Shown: positions 1-9,832, counted from the first letter of the stretch. The stretch: 64,000 bases of DNA from Promethearchaeota archaeon (GCA_048938005.1 JBHLMQ010000001.1:96001-160000); one strand, 5' to 3'. Notes: a model not told the origin generated them from the letters alone. Translations and numbers: made by a program.

Positions 1-385
1 CAATCTCATCACCATCAGTATTTATATCATAAAACAGCACTTTTTGAATAGCTTCAGGGGGAATTCCAAATTCTTCTTTAAGTTCTCTTATTGCATTCTT
101 CTTGATTTTATTCAGATCTAAATTTCTTTCCCAAATTACATGTCCTGAAGAGGAGTCAGTAAAATACTCAGGAAATGTCTTCTTAGAGATTGCGCGTTTC
201 TGAATTAAATATAAAGGTTCTCCTTTAGATGTTTCAGATAAGATAAAAAATCTGGTAATTAAATGGCTTATTTTTTTATTATGGACCTCTTTTCGTTCCA
301 TTGGGAAAACATATTTAGATATTTGGCCAGATTGTAAATATTTTTTATTTTCTTCAGTAATGCATGCTAAAATTTCTTTTTCCAT
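1..385 (-). CDS. NUDIX-fold protein, type 1 IPP isomerase-like (partial, runs off window start)
   Basis: Manual translation from ATG at 385: MEKEILAC...LIQKRAISKKTFPEYFTDSSSGH...AIRELKEEFGI, with IDI/NUDIX-like QKR..K..FP and RELxEEFG motifs. Confidence 0.7.
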   Translation of the reverse strand, partial: MEKEILACITEENKKYLQSGQISKYVFPMERKEVHNKKISHLITRFFILSETSKGEPLYLIQKRAISKKTFPEYFTDSSSGHVIWERNLDLNKIKKNAIRELKEEFGIPPEAIQKVLFYDINTDGDEI

Positions 386-396
386 ATTCTTTACTC

Positions 397-1224
397 CTAT
401 ATTTTGATTGTTATAATATCTCCTACTTTAAAACCTAAATTTTTAGCTGCATTACCTCGGTTAATTGAAATTTCAAGAAAGTTAGAAGAACCAACAAGAC
501 ATAGTAGAGAATCTACAGGTACACATGAAAAATGAGAAGAAAAAATCCCTTTATAATTTCGTTGTTTAATAATTATGGAGATTTTTGAGCCATCATCTAT
601 AGTTAAATTTGTATTTTTTATTTTATTTCCAATCATTTCAATAGTTGTTGTTCCATTACCAAAGGAATCTATGTATTGTATTGAACTTTTAATGCTATTA
701 TTTTTTAAATCCAATTCATAAACTATTGGAAATTTTAATAGATTTTTAAAATTGAAACTTGGACCAAGATCACTTAAAGGAAAATTTTTAAATTTTGTAA
801 TATAGGCTCCTATTGGTGCCATGATATCTCTACCATGAAATGTTGGTGATACAGGCTGATTAAAATAATCTTTGTTTTTAACATTGATACAAATAGATAA
901 ATCTGATAGATCAAATACATTTGGAAAAATTCCGTTATTAGGCCCTATGAAAAAATGATTTGACTTTGTTTTTAATGCTATTATTTCTCTGGCACTACCA
1001 ACTCCTGGATCAACAACAGTTATAAAAACAGTGCCTTTAGGAAAGTGATTATATGTAGATTTTAATATGTATGATGCCTCAATTATTGAATATGAAGAAA
1101 TATCATGTGAAATATCCACTATCTTTACAAGGGGATTAATCTTCAATATAACTGCTTTTATAGCGGCTACATAATGCTGACCTCTTGGACCAAAATCAGT
1201 TAATAATGCAATAATAGGTTCCAT
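397..1224 (-). CDS. SAM hydrolase / chlorinase-fluorinase family (DUF62)
   Basis: IALLTDFG, VVDPGVGS, TFHGRDIMAP, YIDSFGN, LEISINRG motifs. Confidence 0.9.
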   Translation of the reverse strand: MEPIIALLTDFGPRGQHYVAAIKAVILKINPLVKIVDISHDISSYSIIEASYILKSTYNHFPKGTVFITVVDPGVGSAREIIALKTKSNHFFIGPNNGIFPNVFDLSDLSICINVKNKDYFNQPVSPTFHGRDIMAPIGAYITKFKNFPLSDLGPSFNFKNLLKFPIVYELDLKNNSIKSSIQYIDSFGNGTTTIEMIGNKIKNTNLTIDDGSKISIIIKQRNYKGIFSSHFSCVPVDSLLCLVGSSNFLEISINRGNAAKNLGFKVGDIITIKI

Positions 1225-1342
1225 TTTGTTTAAAAAGGGTGGATAAATTTCTTTTCAGAAGAACTTTTTATTTGCTATTTTATGAACACAACAAGAATTA
1301 TTCATAGAAAAAATTTATGAAAATTGAAATAAAAAAATCAGA

Positions 1343-2257
1343 TTACTTCTTTTTATATTTTTCATCTACTTCATGGAAACTTCTTAGTGCTTCAGATTTC
1401 AGTCTATATTCTTCCTCTTTGCCAAATTCTACTAATTTCTTGGAAATTTCACTTGCTTTTTTATATAAAATATAGGCTGTATTAAAATCCTCATTTCTAA
1501 GAGCGTTTCTCGCATCTAGTACGAATTTTTCTCTTTCTTTAGATAGTTCAGGGATTTGCCCGCAAAAATCGCCTTTTTCCCTAAGTGAAGTAGCAATATC
1601 CATAATGTAGAAGCTTTCTGCTATTTCTGCTGCTTTATTATAAAATTTGGCTGCTTTTTCATATTCTAAAGATTTAATTGCATTTTCAGCCATTTTGTAG
1701 TATTCTGAAATTTTAGTATGTTCTCTATTTTCAATTTTTTCTACCAATTCTTGAGCAATTTTTCTTTCTTGTTTCTCGCCACTAAGCATGAATTTAGTAA
1801 TGTTAATAATACTAGCCTTTAATGCTTCAGGTTGTAGTATATCTATTAATGGTTCTAAATGCTCCAAATATATATCTTTTAATATTATTTCAAATTCTTC
1901 TCTTGATTTATTAAAAATATTAAGACTTGGAATCTCGAATGCTTCTGCCGCTTCTTTAAGAGATGAACGAAATTTCTCAGGTTTATCGTCTTCATTTAAT
2001 AATAAACCAATTATAATTCCTGATGCTTTCCGAGTTAATCTTCCTTTAAATTTATGATCATACGAAAAAATTTGAAGATCCTTTATTTTTAGCAAATTAT
2101 ACTCATTTTTTGAATGATCAAGATTTAACCTGAGAAATAAATCATTTGTAATTTCAAAATCAGATTTACCCTCCTTAAAATAATACCCCATAATCTTATA
2201 ATCAGAATCGGTTGGAAGTAATATTACAAAACAGCCCATTGGCATTAAAATTTTCAC
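1343..2257 (-). CDS. Hypothetical protein with longin-like alpha/beta N-terminus and TPR/SNAP-like helical repeats
   Basis: Two repeats (AENAIKSLEYEKAAKFYNKAAEI / ARNALRNEDFNTAYILYKKASEI); N-terminal strand pattern judged by eye. Confidence 0.45.
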   Translation of the reverse strand: MKILMPMGCFVILLPTDSDYKIMGYYFKEGKSDFEITNDLFLRLNLDHSKNEYNLLKIKDLQIFSYDHKFKGRLTRKASGIIIGLLLNEDDKPEKFRSSLKEAAEAFEIPSLNIFNKSREEFEIILKDIYLEHLEPLIDILQPEALKASIINITKFMLSGEKQERKIAQELVEKIENREHTKISEYYKMAENAIKSLEYEKAAKFYNKAAEIAESFYIMDIATSLREKGDFCGQIPELSKEREKFVLDARNALRNEDFNTAYILYKKASEISKKLVEFGKEEEYRLKSEALRSFHEVDEKYKKK

Positions 2258-2316
2258 TCCCTATTGTATATTTTTATTAAATTGGATTGATACCAAAAAC
2301 AAAAAGATATATTGTT

Positions 2317-2739
2317 TTATGATTGACTAGCACTAATAATTCTATTAGTTTCTTCTCTAATAGATTGTATAATGTTTAATAATTGAGCAAAATATAGATT
2401 ATCCGCTACTGTTTTCGAAGCTTGCCTGATAATCTCTATAGCTTTTTTTTCTTCTTCAGTTATTGCTTCAATAGATTTTTTCTCCCAAAGTTCTTTAACT
2501 TTTTGATTAAAATCATCAGAAAGTTCTTGAAGACTTTTGCTAGATTGAACTCTGAATTGTTTTAAGACTTCGACGATTAACCTAATATTCTCTGTTATTG
2601 AAACCGTTTGTTCAGAGAAAGTTTGACTCATTTGGTTAATTGCTGCGCTCATTCGGTTGACCTGAGCTATTGTTCCATCTAAAGAACTCATAATTTGATT
2701 TACTTTTTGGATCATTTCATCTAAAAGTTGTTCTGCCAA
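2317..2739 (-). CDS. Small all-helical coiled-coil protein
   Basis: 140 aa with heptad pattern; AGGTGA SD 6 nt before the TTG start. Confidence 0.7.
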   Translation of the reverse strand: MAEQLLDEMIQKVNQIMSSLDGTIAQVNRMSAAINQMSQTFSEQTVSITENIRLIVEVLKQFRVQSSKSLQELSDDFNQKVKELWEKKSIEAITEEEKKAIEIIRQASKTVADNLYFAQLLNIIQSIREETNRIISASQS

Positions 2740-2771
2740 TATTTCTCACCTATTTTTAAATAAATTGAAAT

Positions 2772-3185
2772 TTATTGTTCCACCACTTCTTCTTCAACAG
2801 ACTCTTTAAGGCCCTTTACGGAATCAATAGCTTCTGATAATAATAAATTTACCGTATCTTGATTTAGAATACCTTCAGAAAGTTTAGCAAAATCCTCAAG
2901 CTTTTCAATTAAATTTTTAAGAGCATCTAAACCCAGACCATCATGAATAACTTTTAATTCTTTAGTTGCTCCCTCTCCAATTTCTTTAACAGCATCAACA
3001 TGTTTTGTTTGAGTAACGTTTATCTCATTAGAAAATTCTTCTAACTTCGCTGTTAAATTTGAAATCTTTTGTTCAATATTCTGATTAAGAGAATTGAGAG
3101 ATTCATTTAGCTGTTGTATCGCCGCTCCAAGCTGTGCAATCCTTTTATAAATGTTCTGTAAAAGATCAGTTAACATTTCAGCCAT
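2772..3185 (-). CDS. Small all-helical coiled-coil protein
   Basis: 137 aa, Q/N/L-rich heptads, N-terminus resembles the neighbouring ORF (MAEMLTDLLQ / MAEQLLDEMIQ). Confidence 0.7.
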   Translation of the reverse strand: MAEMLTDLLQNIYKRIAQLGAAIQQLNESLNSLNQNIEQKISNLTAKLEEFSNEINVTQTKHVDAVKEIGEGATKELKVIHDGLGLDALKNLIEKLEDFAKLSEGILNQDTVNLLLSEAIDSVKGLKESVEEEVVEQ

Positions 3186-3336
3186 AAAAAATCAACTTTT
3201 TTAATTTTTTTTTGGAATTATAAAAATCTCTTTATTTAACTTCAATTACTAATATAACAGATTACATCAATAAAAAAATTTTTATGTTTTTATTTCCTTA
3301 TCTCTATAATAGATAAAGTCAATCTTTATTATAAAA

Positions 3337-3460
3337 GCTCCCGTAGCTCAGCTTGGTTAAAGCGCGGGTCTTATAAGGCCCTACAGACATACAAAGCAAA
3401 AAAAAAGTGTCTGTATTGCGTAGATACCCGAGATCGGGGGTTCGAATCCCCCCGGGAGCA
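3337..3460 (+). tRNA. tRNA-Ile(UAU) with ~49-nt anticodon-loop intron (about 3376-3424)
   Basis: Acceptor GCTCCCG/CGGGAGC+A, anticodon stem CGGGT/ACCCG, CT-TAT-A at 3370-3375, T arm GGGGG-TTCGAAT-CCCCC, intron hairpin TACAGACA/TGTCTGTA. Confidence 0.8.
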
Positions 3461-3669
3461 TTTTGTTAAAATACTCTTAGTAGTATTAATTAACATACAT
3501 ATTGAAGAAATATATCTTTTCAAATAGTTATGGATGATTTTAAAAACAAATCAAATTTCGTGAAACATCTCTTTTACGTTCTTCCATATATATTTGAATA
3601 ATATCTCAATATATCTTGAAATAAAACTTTTCAATCGATATTAAAGAATAATTTTAGAAAAATAGATTT

Positions 3670-4350
3670 TTATTTATCAAGATTTGAACTGATCAAATCA
3701 AGTAACCATCTTTTTATCTGTGTAAGGTTTTTGAGAATACCCGATACAAGATTTTCAGGAAAATTTTGTTCTTGTTCTAGTCTCTGAGCAGTCTCCATCC
3801 ACTTATTTAAAGCCAATTGTACTAAACTTGCACCTTCAGCTTCCATAAACATTGGGACAACAGCAGCCGATTCTCTTGCATCCCCAATAGCAAAATATAT
3901 CCTTCTGTTTACCCCTTTTAACATTACTAAATTTGCGCATTCATCGAGTTTTCTCTCAACTAAGATACTTTTTAAAATTTGAGTCTTAAACTCTGTATCT
4001 TTTGAAGTAAAATTTTCTTTCCTTCTTTTCAAAGTAGGGTGGATTTCTGTAATTACTTTATTACCTGTTGTTCCCTCACTAAAATATTTAGTAATTTTTA
4101 ATGAGTCATCTAAGGCTTCTATTGATGTAAATTTTTTGCTATTTGAATATAGGATTGCCTTAGAACCACCTTGATCTTCACTGGAAGATAATTTTATATA
4201 AATATTTCTCATAGTAACAGAATTACATGTATGATAAGCTAACTCAAACATTTCTCGAGGCGTTAAAGAGCCATACGGTACTTCTATTTGTTTAAAAAGC
4301 CATTGGGAAGTAATGACATTATTAAATTGGTTTAAAAGACGGTTTTCCAT
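3670..4350 (-). CDS. Hypothetical protein
   Basis: 226-aa ORF downstream of SepSecS, no motif recognised. Confidence 0.6.
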   Translation of the reverse strand: MENRLLNQFNNVITSQWLFKQIEVPYGSLTPREMFELAYHTCNSVTMRNIYIKLSSSEDQGGSKAILYSNSKKFTSIEALDDSLKITKYFSEGTTGNKVITEIHPTLKRRKENFTSKDTEFKTQILKSILVERKLDECANLVMLKGVNRRIYFAIGDARESAAVVPMFMEAEGASLVQLALNKWMETAQRLEQEQNFPENLVSGILKNLTQIKRWLLDLISSNLDK

Positions 4351-4473
4351 TACGAATTCCTTTCTGTCGAATTAATTTTATTCGTATAATTTTTATTAAA
4401 ATATAGAACTTCTAGTTTTTATTTATTTTTATTTCTGTTTAAATAGAACTTCAAAACTTATGCATTTTTTCAA

Positions 4474-5838
4474 TCAAAGGACTATTTGATTATATGCTTT
4501 TTCAAATCTTTCGACAGCAGAAAGAATATCATTTTCTTTTGCACCAATTGCGGCATTCATAACAATATAAGGTGTCTGATAATTATCACAACAAGTTCCA
4601 AATGCTTTCTCTTGTGGGTTATAGACTCTAGGTCCAGTAACTCTTAAATTATATAAGGCTCCTCCAAGAGCATAAAATTGTTCTTCTTTCAAATTACTTA
4701 AAGATAATGCAACTGCTACTGGATTATAAATATCAAGAATTCTTTCATTTATTTTTTCTGCAACTTCTCTAAGTCTTCTTTCCAGAGTTTTTCGATTTTT
4801 TTGTTGTTCTTCAATTAATTTCTGATAACCATTAATTCCTAAAGATAACATTGAAATTAAAAAATTCACAACCGGGGTAGCTGAGGCACGTCCAGCATAA
4901 GCTTGGCTTATTTTCGCAATATCTTCTTTAATAGGTGATGCGATTAGAGCTCCACCAACAGGAGTGAGGAAATTCTTATCTGTTGATTGGATTATTGCAT
5001 CGACTCTACCCGCGTCAATTGCAGATCGAATTAATTTCATCCACTCATAACTTTGAACACCGTATGCATTAATAACTATGTGAACAAGCTCATTTTCTTT
5101 AGCAAATTTGCTAATTTCTTTTATATTATCTGGTTCGCGAGGTGGAAAAAAACTGGTTATAGAAATAACAGCAAAACAGTTTTCATCTAAATTAGATTTT
5201 ATATCTTCAACTGGTATTCGTACAGCATCACCAAAAATCTTACCCTTGATGATTTTTGTTTTAAAACCCATTAAATCAATCGACTTCAATAGCGATTTAT
5301 GATCAATTTGAGGAACCAATACGGTACTTTTAGGATTCATATTTTGTTCCCCCCATTCTGGTTTTAAAGCCCCTAAAGTTAAGGATAATGACATTCCAGT
5401 ACACAAAGGGACCACAATCGCATCCTTAATATTGGATAAACCAAAATTTCTTAATATATTTCGAGCTAAGTAGTTAGAGAGATCATACATAATTGAACCT
5501 CCAGGTGCTTTTGGTTGTGGAGCTGTTAAAAAACCACTTCTTCCCACACCGTGACAAAATCCTGCTGATGTTCTTAAATGTAATTTTGAAGCGATCCTTG
5601 CTTCTCTTTCACCTACTCTTGCAGCTTTACTATCTTTATCTGTATCCATATTTGAAAGAGTCTGAAGGAGGAATTCTATTTGTTCTTCAGTCCACGGTTC
5701 TTTTGGGACTGATCTTTGTTCAAAAAGGATTTTTATTGGATTCAAAAACTCTTTTAAAACAAGCTGGCCCCTATTCAACATGTTTTTAGGAATATTTGAA
5801 CCTTCGAAAAATTCAATGATTTTATTAAAATCGACCAT
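4474..5838 (-). CDS. spcS: O-phosphoseryl-tRNA(Sec) selenium transferase (SepSecS)
   Basis: GEREAR, HGVGRSG.L.A.QPKA.G, QSTDKNFLTPVGG, YAGRAS motifs; adjacent to tRNA-Sec; start placed at the ATG at 5838. Confidence 0.95.
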   Translation of the reverse strand: MVDFNKIIEFFEGSNIPKNMLNRGQLVLKEFLNPIKILFEQRSVPKEPWTEEQIEFLLQTLSNMDTDKDSKAARVGEREARIASKLHLRTSAGFCHGVGRSGFLTAPQPKAPGGSIMYDLSNYLARNILRNFGLSNIKDAIVVPLCTGMSLSLTLGALKPEWGEQNMNPKSTVLVPQIDHKSLLKSIDLMGFKTKIIKGKIFGDAVRIPVEDIKSNLDENCFAVISITSFFPPREPDNIKEISKFAKENELVHIVINAYGVQSYEWMKLIRSAIDAGRVDAIIQSTDKNFLTPVGGALIASPIKEDIAKISQAYAGRASATPVVNFLISMLSLGINGYQKLIEEQQKNRKTLERRLREVAEKINERILDIYNPVAVALSLSNLKEEQFYALGGALYNLRVTGPRVYNPQEKAFGTCCDNYQTPYIVMNAAIGAKENDILSAVERFEKAYNQIVL

Positions 5839-5871
5839 TAAAAACACTTTTTCTTAATATTAATGATATTT

Positions 5872-5964
5872 TGGCGGCCCTCGAGGGGAATCGAACCCCT
5901 ATCCCTCCGCAGGATAACTGGGTTTGAAGCCCAGCGTCAGAGACCACTCCAACTGTCAAGGGCC
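5872..5964 (-). tRNA. selC: tRNA-Sec(UCA), 9/4 fold, CCA encoded
   Basis: 9-bp acceptor GGCCCTTGA/TCGAGGGCC, 7-bp D stem GTTGGAG/CTCTGAC, CT-TCA-AA loop, long variable arm, 4-bp T stem GGGG/CCCC, G73-CCA. Confidence 0.93.
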
Positions 5965-6057
5965 ATAAAAAATACTTATTTCTAATTCAAATTATTTATC
6001 TTTTTAAAAGAAGTTTTTGGTTATAAACAGTGGCATAAATTCAATTAATAAAAATGA

Positions 6058-7272
6058 TTAAAAAAAATCACTTACTTTCCTTCCTTTTTCAAAAATAGCA
6101 TTAGTTTTTTCCATAATATCAGGAATATCTATTTGTTGTGGACATTTTTCCAGACATTCACCACATTGAATACATAAACTAGCGGCTCCTTCTATTTCAT
6201 CACCTTCAGATATCCTTTTTTCTAATACTTCTTGCGTTTTCACCATATCATTATAGAAAAAACTTATTCTTGATCTGCCTCTTTCACCCCAATAATAAAT
6301 CTCATTTAGTAATCTAAAAACTGCCGGAATTGTGACTCCATTTGGGCACGGTAAGCAATATCCACAGCTCGTACAATCCACTATTGTATATTTGCTATAT
6401 GCATCACGCAATTCAGAAATTGTTATTAATTCCTCATCAGTTAAAATTTTAATTCCTGAATTATTAGCAGATTCAATATTTTCCTTAACTTGTTGCATAA
6501 TACTCATTCCACTTAATACAACGGAAACTTCAGGGTGGTTCCAAACAAATTGTAAAGCCCAATCAGCCATAGTTCTCTTAACTTTTGCTTTTTCTAAAAC
6601 TGCTTTAATTTCTGGTTTTGTATCCAATTTATGCTCTGGAATTGCTAACTTTCCACCTCGAATTGGCTCCATAATAATTAATGCAATATTTTTATTGCCA
6701 GCATATTCTACTCCTTTAGTACCTGCTTGATATTCAATATCAAGATAATTATATTGAATTTGGCAGCAATCCCATTGATAATAATCTATTATCTCTTTGA
6801 ATACCTCAAAATTATCATGAAATGAAAATCCTATGTGTTTTATTAGCCCTTTAGATTTTGCTTCCTCGATCTTTTCTATTAAATTAAGATTTTTTATTTT
6901 TTCTAATCTTTGCTTATTTAAACCATGAAAGAGATAAATGTCAGGATTAGTTTGTAATCTCTCAATTTGTTCATTCAGAAATCTATCAAAATCCTCTCTT
7001 TTCTTTACTAACCACATTGGCAATTTTGTTGTGAGGTGGACTTTCTCACGATAGCCATCCTTTAGTGCTTTTCCCACTAAAATCTCACTTTCACCATTAT
7101 GGTAAGGGTATGCTGTGTCTATATAGTTAATTCCATTGTCAATTGCATAGCGAATCATTTTAATTGCTTCATCCTCTCTTATTTTAAAATGTTGGTCAAT
7201 CGGTAATCGCATAGCACCAAATCCAAGAACAGATACTTCCCAATCAAGGGATCCCATTTTTCTATATTTCAT
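6058..7272 (-). CDS. Aldo/keto reductase with C-terminal 4Fe-4S motifs
   Basis: VSVLGFGAMRLP, YIDTAYPYH, CTSCGYCLPCP, CIQCGECLEKCPQ. Confidence 0.9.
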   Translation of the reverse strand: MKYRKMGSLDWEVSVLGFGAMRLPIDQHFKIREDEAIKMIRYAIDNGINYIDTAYPYHNGESEILVGKALKDGYREKVHLTTKLPMWLVKKREDFDRFLNEQIERLQTNPDIYLFHGLNKQRLEKIKNLNLIEKIEEAKSKGLIKHIGFSFHDNFEVFKEIIDYYQWDCCQIQYNYLDIEYQAGTKGVEYAGNKNIALIIMEPIRGGKLAIPEHKLDTKPEIKAVLEKAKVKRTMADWALQFVWNHPEVSVVLSGMSIMQQVKENIESANNSGIKILTDEELITISELRDAYSKYTIVDCTSCGYCLPCPNGVTIPAVFRLLNEIYYWGERGRSRISFFYNDMVKTQEVLEKRISEGDEIEGAASLCIQCGECLEKCPQQIDIPDIMEKTNAIFEKGRKVSDFF

Positions 7273-7536
7273 ATTATAGTTCTCATTTTTTTTTAATTAA
7301 AGGAAGAAATATACAATGTTAATTGAAGTTTATTTTTCATTTTTATAAAAAAATTAAGTATTCATTCGTATGAGTGTAAATCTATTGTGTGGATATTACA
7401 AGTCTTAATAAAACATCTTCTTCAAAATAAAAGTAATTTAAATAATTAATTACTAAATTTGAACTGTTTTTTTCTTTATAAATACAAAATAGTTATTATT
7501 TTTAAAATAAAACTATAAAAAACAAGTGAAAATTTT

Positions 7537-7710
7537 ATGAGCAATGATGTAGATTTAGCGATTGAGTTAAATTTACTGGAGTGCCCTTTTTTAACTTCAT
7601 GTGTACTTCCAAAAATACAGTTTTTATGCAAAATTCCTGAATGTAAAAATTGTCCAGACTATAATCATAAGGTGGAAAGGATCTATCAAGCTCCTAATCT
7701 GAATTTTTAA
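7537..7710 (+). CDS. Small Cys-rich protein (57 aa, not in ORF track)
   Basis: MSNDVDLAIELNLLECPFLTSCVLPKIQFLCKIPECKNCPDYNHKVERIYQAPNLNF; AAGTGA SD-like motif upstream. Confidence 0.55.
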   Translation: MSNDVDLAIELNLLECPFLTSCVLPKIQFLCKIPECKNCPDYNHKVERIYQAPNLNF

Positions 7711-8429
7711 AATTTGCTGATGATTTGGTCTTTATATCTAATATATTCTTTTAAATCTTTAATTTTCTCAAGTTTAAAGCGTTTTAATCCTGAATCTGAT
7801 AAATTATAATCATAAACTCTTTCAAGAAAAGTCGAGATTAAGAATGCGGTGGCTCCCCAGACAGTAAATACCTTTCCATTCTCTTTTTTAATATAATTAA
7901 AATAGAAAATTGGAAATTTTTTACTATTGATATCAACGGCCTGTTCTTTAAAATTTATTTTTTTAATAAAAAAGTCTATAGGGATTTTAACAATTTCCTG
8001 TACTTCTCTATCATCTTTTACTAATTTTTGATCTTTATCAATAATTCCTATAAAGGGAGTAATTATATACTTTGTCATTGTTGGAAAATCATCAAGACAA
8101 CCAATTATTTTAATATTATCTTTAGAAACACCAATTTCTTCTTCTGTTTCTCTTAAAGCGGTATCTCTCAAAGATTCATCTAATACAGGTTCAAATTTTC
8201 CACCAGGAAATGACATTTCACCTCTATGTCTTGTACCCTTATCTGATCGATGAATAAAAATTAATTCATATGGTTTATCTTCATAAGGAATTATTGAAAA
8301 AAGAACTGCTGAACTTGTAAAGAAATCATCTTTTATTGATATTCTTAAGGGTGAATCACAGGGATATAAGCTTTTTTTAATAAATATTTCATCGAAAATT
8401 AAGTTTAGTGTATCCATTTGTATTAGCAA
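7707..8429 (-). CDS. NUDIX CoA pyrophosphatase (NudL-like)
   Basis: HRGEMSFPGG, ALRETEEEIG, VWGATA. Confidence 0.88.
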   Translation of the reverse strand: MLIQMDTLNLIFDEIFIKKSLYPCDSPLRISIKDDFFTSSAVLFSIIPYEDKPYELIFIHRSDKGTRHRGEMSFPGGKFEPVLDESLRDTALRETEEEIGVSKDNIKIIGCLDDFPTMTKYIITPFIGIIDKDQKLVKDDREVQEIVKIPIDFFIKKINFKEQAVDINSKKFPIFYFNYIKKENGKVFTVWGATAFLISTFLERVYDYNLSDSGLKRFKLEKIKDLKEYIRYKDQIISKF

Positions 8430-8501
8430 AGATTTAAAGATATCTATTATTTAAAAAACATAATATTTTATCCTAAAAAAGATTTTAGCAAGTGTTTAAT
8501 T

Positions 8502-8801
8502 ATGAAACTTCCGAAGGAGCTTAGAGATAAAACTGAATTTGGTGGAAGTGCTAAAAACAGAAAGTGTTCAATAAAGGCTTGTAAGGAAATTGCTATTCGG
8601 TCACTCTCAGAAAATTCCTGGAAAAAATATGTCGAAAAAGCAGGCTTAAAATATAATGAAAATTCACGACATAAAATTTATTTATGCAAAAAGCATTATA
8701 ATGAATCTAATAAATTTAGAAAGTCCCAAGAAAAGATATTTCAGAAAAAAGGCTTTTTAGATGATTCGGTTGCTGTTAGGAAAGGAGATTGGGAATATTA
8801 A
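8502..8801 (+). CDS. Small basic C2CH zinc-binding hypothetical protein
   Basis: CSIKAC...YLCKKHY. Confidence 0.6.
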   Translation: MKLPKELRDKTEFGGSAKNRKCSIKACKEIAIRSLSENSWKKYVEKAGLKYNENSRHKIYLCKKHYNESNKFRKSQEKIFQKKGFLDDSVAVRKGDWEY

Positions 8802-8923
8802 GGAATTGCAGCCATTTTTTTATACAAATTACTTATTAAATTAAATTGTCCCTCAATAATTCCTATAGTTAAGAGAGATAACCCTATAAGTAATATTATA
8901 ATAGTAATTAATTTGTTTCTCAT
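8798..8923 (-). CDS. Small single-TM protein (41 aa, not in ORF track)
   Basis: MRNKLITIIILLIGLSLLTIGIIEGQFNLISNLYKKMAAIP. Confidence 0.45.
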   Translation of the reverse strand: MRNKLITIIILLIGLSLLTIGIIEGQFNLISNLYKKMAAIP

Positions 8924-8974
8924 ATTTATCTTGTCTTTAAATATTACTTAATAAAAATATTTTTACTATAAATT

Positions 8975-9832
8975 TTATTTTGATAATTTTTCTAAGGTAT
9001 TAATTTTAGTATTAATTTTTTTTAATTTAAGATCAAAATCTTTATCTTGCTGCGTGTATTCATCTTCTGTAATTTCTTTTGCACGAAATCTACCTTTATT
9101 AAGCTTTCTCTCCCCGGATAATTCAGTTTTTTCCAATTTTAGATCTTGAATCCATAATTTCATTCCTTCTACCAGATCTTCTCTTTCATTTTCTAAATCA
9201 GTTTTCTCTTGCTTATATTTCTCTCTTAATTTTTCGAACGTTTCTTTATCAACTCTATGTAGTTTATGTTCTCTAGATAAGTTTTCTAGTTGAAATATTT
9301 TAGTATCAATATCTTGGTTGATCCTTTGAACAATAAAAGGCTCTTCTAAATTCTGCTTAATAACACTCTCTTTCTGTTTTAGTTCATTTATTAAGGTTTT
9401 AATTGCCTCTAATTTTATATTTACTTCCTTTTTATATTCCATATCATATTCATATCGCGGGTCTTTTGTAGATTTTGAAATTTCATTTAACCTTTCTATC
9501 AGAACTTTTTTATTTAGTTGAATATCATTATACTCAATATAATAAACCATTTGTTCTTTTACATCCTCGGGAAGAGGTTTCGTTTCTCTTTTTTCCTTGG
9601 TTTTTTTAGGTTTTTTTTTAATTTTTTCTTCCATTTCCAAAATTTCTTCCTTTTCTTCTCCTTTCTCTTCAACTCTTATTTCTTCTTCTTTCTTTATTGG
9701 TTCTTTTCTCTCTATTTTTCTTTCTGCTTTTGGGATGTCAATTAGCATAGGTTTACCACATATAATACAGAATTTATCTGTTTCTTTTACTGGATTACCA
9801 CAATAAGGACAAAATTTAGCCATAAGCTCCAC
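8975..9832 (-). CDS. Zinc-ribbon plus CdvA-like coiled-coil protein
   Basis: FCPYCG...FCIICG ribbon; C-terminal VDKETFEKLREKY...EITEDEY helical repeats. Confidence 0.55.
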   Translation of the reverse strand: MELMAKFCPYCGNPVKETDKFCIICGKPMLIDIPKAERKIERKEPIKKEEEIRVEEKGEEKEEILEMEEKIKKKPKKTKEKRETKPLPEDVKEQMVYYIEYNDIQLNKKVLIERLNEISKSTKDPRYEYDMEYKKEVNIKLEAIKTLINELKQKESVIKQNLEEPFIVQRINQDIDTKIFQLENLSREHKLHRVDKETFEKLREKYKQEKTDLENEREDLVEGMKLWIQDLKLEKTELSGERKLNKGRFRAKEITEDEYTQQDKDFDLKLKKINTKINTLEKLSK

